The notes under the pieces: model-generated | The model's database searches: none | Seen by the model: only the letters and a program-made list of their open reading frames with translations | What the model was told of the DNA's origin: nothing | NCBI GenBank assembly: GCA_964403535.1 | Contig: CAYOFN010000001.1 | Location: 2,003 to 66,002, forward strand | Direction of reading: 5' to 3' | Origin: Candidatus Woesearchaeota archaeon | Lineage (GTDB): Archaea; Nanobdellota; Nanobdellia; Pacearchaeales; GW2011-AR1 | Length of the DNA stretch: 64,000 bases | Program-made: the position numbers and the translations under genes | Part shown: one piece after another, positions 46,358 to 56,455 of the stretch | Numbering within the stretch: the first letter of the stretch is position 1 | Layout of the letters: every line of letters begins with the position of its first letter

Positions 46358-47812
46358 ATGATTAAAATGGCAGAAATACAAAAAATATCAGAGATTATTG
46401 AAGAAATAAGCCCTTTTTATAAAAAGAGGAAAAGTGCAAAAGTAGACAAGGTTCCAGCTCAGAAGTTTGAAATTCAGTATGATTCAAGTTCAGAAACTCT
46501 TGAACCAATCTACTTCTGGATTCTAGATAAATCAAATGAATTTTTCAAAAAAGTAGATAAACTCGTTGATAATTTTGCTTCTTCTCCAGGAGGCGGGCAT
46601 TTTGCAGAAATGGGCGCAAGAGCAACAAGAATGCAGGAAGAAGGAATGAAAGTAATGCAGACCATTGGAGTTTTAATAAAAAGTCTGGTAAATCTTATTT
46701 ATGACTTAAAAGATTTTGAAACAAGACTAAGCCTCTATAGACTACTAAACTCAAAAAACAAACAAGAGTCTGAATCAGCTTTTCTCTCACTTAAACAAGT
46801 TTGGTTGGATAATGTTGATATAAAAAGAGGAAATACAAGCATTAAAGCAATGACTTTCTCACAAGCAGCTTTTGTAACTCTTATAGATGCATTTATGGCT
46901 GCAAAATCAGAAAAATCAGTTGATAGTCTTGAATTAAATGAAAGAGTTAAAAGGCTGTTAAAACCAAGACTACTTGAATTCTCCAGCTGGCTTAAACTAA
47001 GTGAAAGAGAATTAACCAAAAGATATGAAATAGAAAAATCCTGGCTAAAGAGCCAGGTTAATTCTCTTCAGCTCTACACTCAGTGGGCAAAACCATATTT
47101 AAGAGCAGCACAGGACTTGTCAATGCAAAATTCAAAAAGTGCATCTCTTGTAAAAGCATTTAACACAATTGTAATCGAACTCACTCTCTTTGGTTCATCA
47201 GAAGTAGACCTTAAACAGGCAGTTTATGATAAAGACCTGCCACAGAGTCTGATAAACTACAATAAAAGAAAATACTACTCCTGCGTTGTAATTGATTTTA
47301 ATTTTAGAGGAATTCCTCAAAAAGCAGGACAGCACTATGTTTTTGGAGGAAAAGTAAATGTAATCTTTAAAGCCTACTGCCTAAATGAAGATGAAATTAT
47401 TCTTCTCAAAGAAAAATTAAAAGAATCAGACTTAGAAACTTCCCTCTCTTTTATAGAAGGAGCAACCACAGAATCTCTAAACCAGTTAAAAGAAGATATA
47501 GAATATTTTCTAAAACCTCTTGAAGAAAGACAAGAAGAAGCAAAAGAAAAAAGCAAAGGTGAAGATGTAAACCCCTTCATGGAATTATTTGGATTCTTAA
47601 AACCCTCAAAAAAGAAAAAAGAAAGCAAAAAATCAACAAAAGAAGATAAGAAACTTGCATTATTAAAAGAAAAAGGAGTAAAAAAAGATGATTATCTTGA
47701 AGGAGTTATAAGAACCCTTGGAGAGAAAGGAGCAGGAAATAGCTGTTTTAAACTATTTGATATTTATAAAAAATCTCATGGAATGGCATCAGTTCCTTTT
47801 CTTGATGATTAA
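46358..47812 (+). CDS. hypothetical protein
   Basis: 484-aa ORF with no recognisable motif. Confidence 0.35.
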   Translation: MIKMAEIQKISEIIEEISPFYKKRKSAKVDKVPAQKFEIQYDSSSETLEPIYFWILDKSNEFFKKVDKLVDNFASSPGGGHFAEMGARATRMQEEGMKVMQTIGVLIKSLVNLIYDLKDFETRLSLYRLLNSKNKQESESAFLSLKQVWLDNVDIKRGNTSIKAMTFSQAAFVTLIDAFMAAKSEKSVDSLELNERVKRLLKPRLLEFSSWLKLSERELTKRYEIEKSWLKSQVNSLQLYTQWAKPYLRAAQDLSMQNSKSASLVKAFNTIVIELTLFGSSEVDLKQAVYDKDLPQSLINYNKRKYYSCVVIDFNFRGIPQKAGQHYVFGGKVNVIFKAYCLNEDEIILLKEKLKESDLETSLSFIEGATTESLNQLKEDIEYFLKPLEERQEEAKEKSKGEDVNPFMELFGFLKPSKKKKESKKSTKEDKKLALLKEKGVKKDDYLEGVIRTLGEKGAGNSCFKLFDIYKKSHGMASVPFLDD

Positions 47813-47834
47813 TTCTAAATTAAAACCTTAAAAA

Positions 47835-48416
47835 ATGGTTGAGAAAAAAAATAAAATTAAGGAGATTCGAGAAATAAAACCAGATATGAATATAATTAAT
47901 CGAGAACCAGAACAAGATTTTGATGACTCAGAAGATCTTGATAATTTTCAGGATTTTGATGATTTTCAGGATTTTTCTTCTTCAGGAAATTTTGTAGCAC
48001 CAGTTCTTTCAGAATCTGAATCTCCTGTCACCCTTGAACATACAGCAGAATCTTTACCCTCTCCAACTCCTTCATCTTTATCTCAACAAAATAAAGACAT
48101 CCCCTACTCTGAATTCTCAGTATACGAGCAAGACAGAGCAAAATACGAGCAAGACACAGGAACAAGAAGAGACTTTTCCCTTGATGATACTCGAGATACA
48201 GGCAGATTTGAAGGATTTGATGCAGGGCTTCTTCCACCCTCTTCTTCACCAATTTCAAGAGGTTCATACCCAGGAGATAATTCTTCCTTCTCTCATCAGC
48301 TTAGTTCTCAGCAAGAGAGTGATGGGCTTAGAGAAAAACAATCATTTGAACAAGAACAAAGGAGATATGAACAAGATTCACGGGAAAGAGAGAGAAGAAA
48401 ATCAAGAGCAGCATAA
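47835..48416 (+). CDS. acidic low-complexity protein (DFDDFQDF repeats)
   Basis: 193 aa, predicted disordered, rich in D/E/Q/S. Confidence 0.3.
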   Translation: MVEKKNKIKEIREIKPDMNIINREPEQDFDDSEDLDNFQDFDDFQDFSSSGNFVAPVLSESESPVTLEHTAESLPSPTPSSLSQQNKDIPYSEFSVYEQDRAKYEQDTGTRRDFSLDDTRDTGRFEGFDAGLLPPSSSPISRGSYPGDNSSFSHQLSSQQESDGLREKQSFEQEQRRYEQDSRERERRKSRAA

Positions 48417-48635
48417 TTCTTTTCAGAGAAATAAAAACAAAACCCTTAATCTAACCTCTTACTTTAATAAGTATACCCTCTTAAACTTATTAATAATTCT
48501 AGTTTTACTCCACTCCCTTTATCTTTTTAATAACCCTCTCAATTATTAGACAGACTAGTATTTAGCTTATTAAAAGAACATAAGTTAAATATTTAAACTA
48601 ATTTTACTATTTTTAATAAGTAAAAAAGAGATAAA

Positions 48636-50429
48636 ATGGCATCTTATGAATTTATTTACAGCGGAACAAATTACCCTTTAGAACCTTCTTCACATTCAGT
48701 ATACTCCGGAGCGACTGGATATTCCATGCGCCTCTCTGAACTTTCTCAAGCTACAGACCCAAGAACTGCAAATCAGTTAAAAGAAGCTTCAGAACATTTT
48801 AACACAGGTGTAAAAAATATTGAACTCTCTCCAATTGACCCGAGTGTTTTTGAGTCTATTCCTAAAGACCATCTTAAAGAAATTCACAGGCTCGCAAAAT
48901 TAACAGGTGCAGAAATTAGCCTTCATGCTCCAATGATAGACCCCTCAGGCATAACTGAGCACGGATGGAATGAAATCAATCAGGGCATGGCAGAAAGGCA
49001 GTTATGGTCAGCTGTAGAAAGAAGTCATGATCTAAACCCAAAAGGAAATGTCCCAGTTACAATGCATGCATCAACTGTCCCTCTTCCCCCAGCTGTCTTT
49101 AAAATTAAAGGAGAAGATGGAGAAGAAGTAGAATCAGTTCTTCTCATAGACCCAAATGGTACTTTAAAGCAAATAAGAAAAAAAGAAAAATTCTTTCCAA
49201 CAGAAGAAGGCACTCCTTCTAAAAAATTCGAACCTGAAAAGGAAATAAAAAGAGCAAACAAAGAAAATTGGATTGAATCACTCGGACAAGTAAATCTTTA
49301 TGCTCAGAGAGGAAATGAGATTATCAGAGAAATGCAGGAGAAATTTGGCGCCCTCTCTCAAATAAAAGAAATAGAAAAAGACAATAAAAGCATCGGAAAA
49401 TTGCAAGAGGGGATTAAAAGAAATCTCTCTCACGGAGCACTTTATCTAAGAGATTCATACCGGACTCTAAAAGAGTTATATGACTTAGCTTATAAAAATG
49501 CAAATTCTGGAGACAAACAAAAAATGAATGCATTTGCACAAAGAATCTCTCCTCATGTAAAAAAATTTGAAGGGATTGTAGAAGACCCAAAAGAACTGAA
49601 ATTATTTTCAGATTTAATTGAAGATGGATTAGACACTTTAAAAAATGTTCAGGATCCACAGATTCTTAAACCCCTAAGAGAGTTTGCAATAGACAAAGCA
49701 TCAGATACAGTCTCTGAACTTGCTCTCAAATCACATAAAAAGTTTGGTTCTACAGCTCCAATAATCAGTCTTGAAAATCATCCAGCTCAGACTTCAACTC
49801 TGACAAGAGCAGAGGATTTAAGAGATGTTATTAAATCTGCCAGAAAAAAATTCATTGAAAAAGCAAAGAAAGATGGAATTGGTTCAGGAGAAGCTGAAAA
49901 AGCAGCTGAAAAATTGATCGGGGCAACATGGGATGTAGGGCATATAAACATGCTGAGAAGATATGGATATGAAAAAAAAGATATTATTAAAGAATCAGAA
50001 AAAATTGCTCCCTTTGTTAAGCATATACACCTCTCTGATAATTTTGGACATGAGCATACAGAACTTCCAATGGGTATGGGAAATGTTCCTATTAAAGAAA
50101 TACTTCAAAAGCTAGGAAAAGAAGGATTTAATGCAAGAAAAGTTATAGAAGCAGGAAACTGGTGGCAGCATTTTTCACCTGGAGGAAAATCAAACCCCCC
50201 CTTAATGCCCACCTTAAAAGCTTTTGGCTCTCCCCTTTATAGTATGTATATGCAACCAGCATGGAGGCAGACAGAGGATATCTCAGGAGGATACTTTATT
50301 GGGCAAGGAGCTATAAATCCAGAGTATCATCACTCAATCTACGGAGCAGGGTTTACAAATCTCCCAAAAGAACTTGGCGGACAGATGCCTGGAGGAGCTT
50401 CACGAGCAACAGGAACTCCAATGGCATAA
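48636..50429 (+). CDS. xylose-isomerase-like TIM-barrel (sugar phosphate isomerase/epimerase / AP endonuclease 2 fold) protein with long insertion
   Basis: N-terminal IELSPIDP...HRLAKLTGAEISLHAPM and C-terminal HIHLSDNFGHEHTELPMGMGNVPIKEILQKL motifs, separated by a ~250-aa insert. Confidence 0.4.
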   Translation: MASYEFIYSGTNYPLEPSSHSVYSGATGYSMRLSELSQATDPRTANQLKEASEHFNTGVKNIELSPIDPSVFESIPKDHLKEIHRLAKLTGAEISLHAPMIDPSGITEHGWNEINQGMAERQLWSAVERSHDLNPKGNVPVTMHASTVPLPPAVFKIKGEDGEEVESVLLIDPNGTLKQIRKKEKFFPTEEGTPSKKFEPEKEIKRANKENWIESLGQVNLYAQRGNEIIREMQEKFGALSQIKEIEKDNKSIGKLQEGIKRNLSHGALYLRDSYRTLKELYDLAYKNANSGDKQKMNAFAQRISPHVKKFEGIVEDPKELKLFSDLIEDGLDTLKNVQDPQILKPLREFAIDKASDTVSELALKSHKKFGSTAPIISLENHPAQTSTLTRAEDLRDVIKSARKKFIEKAKKDGIGSGEAEKAAEKLIGATWDVGHINMLRRYGYEKKDIIKESEKIAPFVKHIHLSDNFGHEHTELPMGMGNVPIKEILQKLGKEGFNARKVIEAGNWWQHFSPGGKSNPPLMPTLKAFGSPLYSMYMQPAWRQTEDISGGYFIGQGAINPEYHHSIYGAGFTNLPKELGGQMPGGASRATGTPMA

Positions 50430-50478
50430 CTACCAAAAACATTTAAATATATCAAAATTAATAACTAAGTATAAAAAG

Positions 50479-51369
50479 ATGGTGAAAAAAATAGATAAAT
50501 TAGATTCTGAAAAAGTTATTTCTAAAAAACCACTTGAAAAACCAAAAAAAATCCAGAAACCAGACGCAAAACAATATCCTACTGTTACTCTTATTGATGA
50601 ACATGAAATAGCTATGGATTTTGCAAATAAAGTTTATAAAAAATTTGACAAAATGGTTAAATCAGTTATTTTATTTGGTTCTTCAATAAAACATACTTCA
50701 AATTCAACAAGTGATATAGACATAATTATTCTTTTGGATGACTCTTCAATTAAATTCGACCAGGAGTTAATGGCATGGTACAGAGAAGAACTTGGAAAAA
50801 TAGTTCAATCAAATCCTTACAATAAAGAGCTTCATATTAATACAGTAAGGCTTATTACCTGGTGGCAGGATTTGCTAAGAGGAGACCCAATTGTAATAAA
50901 CATCATAAGATACGGAGAGTCTCTTATTGATTTTGGAGGATTTTTTTCTCCTCTTAAATTTCTTCTTCAAGAAGGAAAAATTCGTTCTACTCCTGAAGCA
51001 GTTTATGCTGCACTTCAAAGAGCACCTCAGCATTTAATGAGAAGCAAGCAAGCAGAAATAGGAGCAATCGAAGGAGTATACTGGGCAATGGTAGACTCAG
51101 CTCACGCATTATTAATGTCAGCAAAAATTCTTCCACCTTCACCAGAGCATATACCGATTCTTCTGAAAGAACATTTTGTTGACAGAGGAATTTTAAAAAT
51201 GAAATATGTAATTTGGTATAGGGATTTATATGTTCTTCATAGAAAAATAATTCACGGAGAAATAAATGATTTAAAGGGACAGGATATTGATGACTGGCAG
51301 GAAAAAACAAATGAATTTATGAGAAAAATGGCTGAGATTATAGATAAAATAATAAAAGCAGAAGATTAA
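50479..51369 (+). CDS. nucleotidyltransferase-domain protein (Pol-beta NTase fold) with helical C-terminal domain
   Basis: GS...SDxD motif (ILFGSSIKHTSNSTSDIDIIILLDD). The start is proposed at MVKKIDK (the track ORF starts at 50374, overlapping the upstream gene). Paralogous to 56456-58255. Confidence 0.5.
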   Translation: MVKKIDKLDSEKVISKKPLEKPKKIQKPDAKQYPTVTLIDEHEIAMDFANKVYKKFDKMVKSVILFGSSIKHTSNSTSDIDIIILLDDSSIKFDQELMAWYREELGKIVQSNPYNKELHINTVRLITWWQDLLRGDPIVINIIRYGESLIDFGGFFSPLKFLLQEGKIRSTPEAVYAALQRAPQHLMRSKQAEIGAIEGVYWAMVDSAHALLMSAKILPPSPEHIPILLKEHFVDRGILKMKYVIWYRDLYVLHRKIIHGEINDLKGQDIDDWQEKTNEFMRKMAEIIDKIIKAED

Positions 51370-52037
51370 TCTTCTCCTTTAACTCTTTTTCCTATCTCTA
51401 CATATACGCTTTTTCTGTCTTCTTCATTATAAGCTCTGACATTTTCAGTAAGATATTCTCTCATTTTTCCTAGATCATACTCTCCTTTCTTGCCTTTCTT
51501 TTTAAATGAATCTAAAAATTCGTTTCTTAATATAATCATTGTATCTTTCATAAGAACTTTTATACTTTCTGAACCAGTATCCATCTCTTCCTTTACTGCA
51601 TCTCTAACTACTGAATTTGAGATACTTTCTAAGAATACTTCAGTATCTCCTGCTCTTAATCTAATATAATTTTTATGTTTCTTTATTGTTTTAGCATCTC
51701 CTGCTTTAGGAACAATTCCCTCTGCAACAAGTTCAACTAAATCTTTTTGAGGAACATGATTTAATGCTGTTTCATAATCTCTTTCAACAGCCTGAGCAAG
51801 TGCTAATCCATCACTTAAATGATATCCATTCACTTGGTTTGCAGTTTGTGCAGGACTTCTTTTTAGCATCAATTGCATCTGAGCATTTGTAACCTCTCCT
51901 CCACCATATCTAACCAAATCATTAATTGGTTCATCTGGAGTTTGATAAGCTCTATTGCTCTGAGGATTTAATCCATCTCTGATTCTTTCAATCTTTCTAA
52001 ACTTTTTCCCTGCTTTGACAATTTGTTCTAAAGGCAT
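51366..52037 (-). CDS. hypothetical protein
   Basis: 223 aa. Confidence 0.3.
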   Translation of the reverse strand: MPLEQIVKAGKKFRKIERIRDGLNPQSNRAYQTPDEPINDLVRYGGGEVTNAQMQLMLKRSPAQTANQVNGYHLSDGLALAQAVERDYETALNHVPQKDLVELVAEGIVPKAGDAKTIKKHKNYIRLRAGDTEVFLESISNSVVRDAVKEEMDTGSESIKVLMKDTMIILRNEFLDSFKKKGKKGEYDLGKMREYLTENVRAYNEEDRKSVYVEIGKRVKGED

Positions 52038-52411
52038 TTTATTCCTTGATTTTTATTAATATGAAGACTAAAAAAGAGTATATAAATCTTTCTATCTTGT
52101 TACTCCTATTAAGATACAACATATAGAAAGATTTAAAAACTTCTCCCTTTAATAATATAATATGATAAAAAACAAACAAGAGATACGTCATTATGTAGGA
52201 GCAGGAATAACAGCAGTAACATGCTTAGGAAGCGCATGTTTAGTAGAATATACATTTAATAATGGAGATTATGGACTCGGAATGTTAAATCTTCTCCCAG
52301 TAGCAATTAATCTTGCATCTTTTGCAATAAATTTTTCACGAGCATTAGACTTAACAAGAGCAAGAGGCGGATTAGAAAACCAAGTTACTAACTAATAAAT
52401 TAAAAAAATAT

Positions 52412-55171
52412 CTAAAATATATTCAAAACCTCATCATCTTCATCTTTCTTTTCATTAATATCATCAACAACCTCATTAATTCCTTCATCATTTTCCTCTT
52501 CTTTATCTCTTAAATCTTCTCTTTCTATAGATATTCCTTCTTCAATCTTTTCTCTTTCTTCTTCTCTCCCCTCCTTTGCTTCTTCAGATTCTTCAACTTT
52601 ATCCTGAATCTTCTCTTCTATGCTCTCTAAATCATCAACTTTTTCAATCTGCTCTTTTTCCTCTTCTTTATTCTCACCTTGCGGAGTAAAAACATCAAAC
52701 CCTAATTCAATATTAGGAAATTCAACTGCTCCTTCCCCCTCTTCTGTTTCTTTAACATGAGATAAACCCATTTCAGGAAGATTGCTCTCTTCCTCTTTTA
52801 CAAATCTTTCTGACTCTTCTCCTTTTTCCATTTCTCTTGAATACTCCTTAACTCCTGTATCTTTTCCCTCTACTCTCTCTTCTTCTTTTAAGTTTCCTTT
52901 TCCTACATTCTCCTCTAGACTCTTAACTAATTTTGAGATTTCATAAGCCATATCTGCATTAACAGAAATACTATTAATCCCTTTCTCAATTAAGTACTTT
53001 ACCATTTCAGGATTGCTTCCAGCCTGTCCACAGATGCTTGTTTCTACATCAAACTCTTTACAAGTCCTTATTACTCTTGAAATTTCTTTTAAAACAGCAG
53101 GATTCATTTCATTGTAAATATACTGGACATTTTCATTGCCCCTGTCAATTGCAAGAGTATACTGAGTCAAATCATTAGTTCCAAATGAAATAAAATCTAT
53201 GCCAACCTCACACAATTCCTTAATTATCATGCATGCAGCAGGAGTTTCAACCATTATCCCAAAATACATATTTTTTGTTTTAAATTTTTCAAATATCTTC
53301 TTTGTTTCTTTTACTTCTTCAACAGAAATAACCTGCGGAAACATTAACCCAAACTTTTTATTCTCGTTTTTTAAAGCAAGGTTTCTGACAGCCTGCAATT
53401 CTGCTTCAAAAAGCCCTTTGTTTTTAAGACTAAATCTTATCCCGTGAAATCCAAGCATTGGATTTGCTTCAACTTCTTTAGGAGAACCCTGAAGATTTCT
53501 ATATTCATCACTTCTTATATCACTTGTTCTTATCCATACTCCTTCAAAATGATTAGATATTTTTTCAATTCCTCTTTCAATTAATTTTTCATACTCTTCT
53601 AATTTGTCCTCAGCCAAGAACATCATTGGATGTTTTCCAGAACTTGCAATTATCCCTTCTAATCTTATTAATCCAACTTCCTTTACTTCTGATTTAGCAG
53701 CTCTCTCTGCAAAATCAGGCAAGTCTATCATAACCTTTATTTTTGTTTTTGTTTCTACAACAGGAAGGATTTCTTTTTTTATAATCTCCTTGCTTCCTCC
53801 TTCATAAACCCTTCCCTTGCTTCCATCAACAGTGATGATCATTCCATCTTTAAGAATCTCTGTAGCTGTTTCTGTGCCCACAACTGCAGGAATTCCCATC
53901 TCCCTTGAAACAATTGCAGCATGAGCAGTTATTCCTCCTTCATTTGTAACAATAGCAGAAGCTTTTTGCATGCTTAATACCATATCAGGATTTGTCATTT
54001 CAGTGACTAGAACATCTCCTTCTTTTATCTTAGACAAATCATTTAAAGAGTGAACAATCCTAACTTTCCCGCTTCCTCTTCCTGGTGAAGCAGGCAGTCC
54101 TGTAAGCAAAACTTTTCCCTCAAACTCTTCTTCTGAACTCTCAACAAACTTAGTGGTGATTGGTCTTGACTGAACAATAAAAATCTCCCCAGAATCAATA
54201 GCAAATTCAATATCCTGAGTTTTTTTATAATGCTGTTCTATCTTGATTGCCTGATTTGCCAAGTCCAGAATTTGGGAATTAGTTAAAACAGGTGATTTAC
54301 TTTTAACTTCAGTAAGCTTTACTTCTTCTTGTTTACCAGAAGAGTGTCTGACTAAAGCTATCTTCTTACTGGATATTTTTTTCTCAAGTATTTTTAATTC
54401 TCTAGATACTTCATAATGGTCTGGCTTAATTCTTCCTGAAACAATTCCCTCACCTAAACCAAACACTGCTTCAATAACAATATTATCCTCTTTATTTACA
54501 GGGTCTGAAGTAAACATTACTCCTGACTTGTCTGAATTAACCATTTTCTGAATTACTACTGCTAACAAAGATTTTTTATGCTCAAATCCTCGTTTCATTC
54601 TGTAGAAAATCGCTCTTGCAGTATAAAGAGAAGCAAAACATTTTTTTACACTCACAATTAATTCTTTTTCTCCTTTAACATTTGTAAAGCTTTCTTGTTG
54701 TCCTGCAAAACTAGCATCAGCCAAATCTTCAGTAGTAGCAGAGCTTCTTACAGCAACAAATATTGGCTCATGCGAATTTCTTAAAATCTCCAGTGCATCA
54801 CCCTTAACTCTTGTTTTATCGTAATCTGTCCCAAGGATTTCATATGCCTCTAACATCTCTTTTTCCAACTCTTTTGGAATCTCTACTTTAACAACCATCT
54901 CCCTTATTTTCTTTGCTTTTTCTTCAAGTTCAGCAGTCTTATCAACATCCACACTCTCAAGAATTTCATGAATTTTAGTTTTTAAATCAGTTTTTGAAAT
55001 AAAATAATCAAATGCCTGAGCTGTAACAACAAATCCATTAGGAACCTCTATCTGGGCATTGTACATCTCTCCAAGATTTGCACCCTTTCCTCCAGCAAGT
55101 GGAATATCTTTTTTAGATAGTTCTGAAAACCAGAGAATATACCTTCCCTCCTCTTTTTGTTTCTGCATCAC
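52412..55171 (-). CDS. ppsA: phosphoenolpyruvate synthase (pyruvate, water dikinase) with ~170-aa highly acidic C-terminal extension
   Basis: N-terminal PEP-utilizing ATP-grasp region (LAGGKGANLGEM), phospho-His domain (TNEGGITAHAAIVSREMGIPAVVG) and C-terminal PEP-binding TIM barrel. Then an E/D/K-rich tail. Confidence 0.85.
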   Translation of the reverse strand: MMQKQKEEGRYILWFSELSKKDIPLAGGKGANLGEMYNAQIEVPNGFVVTAQAFDYFISKTDLKTKIHEILESVDVDKTAELEEKAKKIREMVVKVEIPKELEKEMLEAYEILGTDYDKTRVKGDALEILRNSHEPIFVAVRSSATTEDLADASFAGQQESFTNVKGEKELIVSVKKCFASLYTARAIFYRMKRGFEHKKSLLAVVIQKMVNSDKSGVMFTSDPVNKEDNIVIEAVFGLGEGIVSGRIKPDHYEVSRELKILEKKISSKKIALVRHSSGKQEEVKLTEVKSKSPVLTNSQILDLANQAIKIEQHYKKTQDIEFAIDSGEIFIVQSRPITTKFVESSEEEFEGKVLLTGLPASPGRGSGKVRIVHSLNDLSKIKEGDVLVTEMTNPDMVLSMQKASAIVTNEGGITAHAAIVSREMGIPAVVGTETATEILKDGMIITVDGSKGRVYEGGSKEIIKKEILPVVETKTKIKVMIDLPDFAERAAKSEVKEVGLIRLEGIIASSGKHPMMFLAEDKLEEYEKLIERGIEKISNHFEGVWIRTSDIRSDEYRNLQGSPKEVEANPMLGFHGIRFSLKNKGLFEAELQAVRNLALKNENKKFGLMFPQVISVEEVKETKKIFEKFKTKNMYFGIMVETPAACMIIKELCEVGIDFISFGTNDLTQYTLAIDRGNENVQYIYNEMNPAVLKEISRVIRTCKEFDVETSICGQAGSNPEMVKYLIEKGINSISVNADMAYEISKLVKSLEENVGKGNLKEEERVEGKDTGVKEYSREMEKGEESERFVKEEESNLPEMGLSHVKETEEGEGAVEFPNIELGFDVFTPQGENKEEEKEQIEKVDDLESIEEKIQDKVEESEEAKEGREEEREKIEEGISIEREDLRDKEEENDEGINEVVDDINEKKDEDDEVLNIF

Positions 55172-55270
55172 TAAGAAAACTTAATGGATTATTTAAACTT
55201 TATTAATCTATATACTCTTAAGAAAAAAAGGTTGAGATTATATAAAAAACTAAGAAGAGTAAGATTCACC

Positions 55271-55825
55271 CTACTTCTTTATCAAAGCAGTATCTTCAAA
55301 AACAACTTTCGTCTTGCACGGAAATTTAGGTAAAGTCTTTCTTATAACATCTTTTATAAAATTAAGATTTTCTTTATTATTAAATGCCATAATAAATATT
55401 TCTTTTCCTTTTTTTACCTGCGCAGCTCTTCCCTCACTCTTTCCAAAGGAGTGCTTCATTCCAGACTGAACTCTCTCTCCTTTACTGCTTCCAGAAAAAA
55501 CTTTATTATTTCTGAGTATATGATGAGGATAAGTCTTGCAGGCTAAAAAATAGTCTGATTGTAACTTTTTTTCAAGTTCTTTATGAATCAACTGTCTTGA
55601 AGCTTCCAGAGCTAAATCTCTTATTAAAATATCTCTTCCAGCAAGAATTCTCAGTCTATACTGAAATCCTCCACTCTCAAATTTCTGTATATTACCCATA
55701 AAAAACTTAACTATCTTTTGAGGAGGAACAGTCTTAATATAATTCTTGCTTTTTTTCTTAGACCTTCGGGTATAAGGAGTAACTTTTCTTTTTGAATAAG
55801 CAAGTGCTTTTCTTTTTCCAACCAT
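55271..55825 (-). CDS. ribosomal protein L10e (uL16)
   Basis: 184-aa basic protein with N-terminal KRKALAYSKRKVTPYTRR and uL16-like core (RLRILAGRD). Confidence 0.6.
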   Translation of the reverse strand: MVGKRKALAYSKRKVTPYTRRSKKKSKNYIKTVPPQKIVKFFMGNIQKFESGGFQYRLRILAGRDILIRDLALEASRQLIHKELEKKLQSDYFLACKTYPHHILRNNKVFSGSSKGERVQSGMKHSFGKSEGRAAQVKKGKEIFIMAFNNKENLNFIKDVIRKTLPKFPCKTKVVFEDTALIKK

Positions 55826-55826
55826 T

Positions 55827-56069
55827 TTATTTTTTCTCTCCTAATCTAGTTCTTTCAGGACAGTCCGTACCTCTAAGAATCTCACAATTTTGGTATTTCT
55901 TCATTGCCACTGATGCTTCTTCTCCAGTAAGTTCTGGGTCATTCATTGCTCTCCTCAATAAGTTGTACCTTTTGCATCTATCTCTGTGATCACAGGGTCC
56001 TATCTGAGGAGATTGTAGTAATATTCTTAATCCCTCTCCATCAATATATACCTGTCCTACGCAGCTCAT
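55827..56069 (-). CDS. small Cys-containing hypothetical protein
   Basis: 80 aa, lying between r-protein genes. Confidence 0.3.
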   Translation of the reverse strand: MSCVGQVYIDGEGLRILLQSPQIGPCDHRDRCKRYNLLRRAMNDPELTGEEASVAMKKYQNCEILRGTDCPERTRLGEKK

Positions 56070-56070
56070 C

Positions 56071-56325
56071 TTACTTAATCTTAGCCTCCTGATTTACTGC
56101 TTGTCCTGGCAACCCTTTTTCAAATATAGCCCTGACAAGTCCTTTACTTCCATGAGCTGAAGAAATTTTCCCAGTTATAATCTTTCCAGCAGAGCTCTTC
56201 CATTCTACTTCTTTTCCTATAAACTTTGCAGTTTCCTCTCTATTCTTAGCTCCTACATCTATAATAAAATGTCTCGGCTTGTAAGTTTTTCTTCCTCTTC
56301 TAAATTGCATTATTACAGCTTTCAT
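56071..56325 (-). CDS. ribosomal protein L35Ae (eL33)
   Basis: 84 aa with eL33-like glycine-rich beta-barrel motifs (GKISSAHGSKGLVRAIFEKGLPGQAV). Confidence 0.6.
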   Translation of the reverse strand: MKAVIMQFRRGRKTYKPRHFIIDVGAKNREETAKFIGKEVEWKSSAGKIITGKISSAHGSKGLVRAIFEKGLPGQAVNQEAKIK

Positions 56326-56455
56326 AGTAACCTTTAGAAAAAATAGGTTTTTAAATCTTGAGTTTTAACTCAATAGAATTAGTCTGATCTCTACGATTAC
56401 ACTCTGTAGAATTAAGTAACTTCAAAAGTAAACCTTCTTCTTTTAAACTTTAAAT

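Noticed and set aside
50374-50478. N-terminal 35 codons of the track ORF 50374-51369 (MADRCLEELHEQQ...)
   Set aside because: It overlaps the end of the upstream TIM-barrel gene in another frame. An internal start at MVKKIDK (50479) is more plausible, so the upstream extension is probably not translated.
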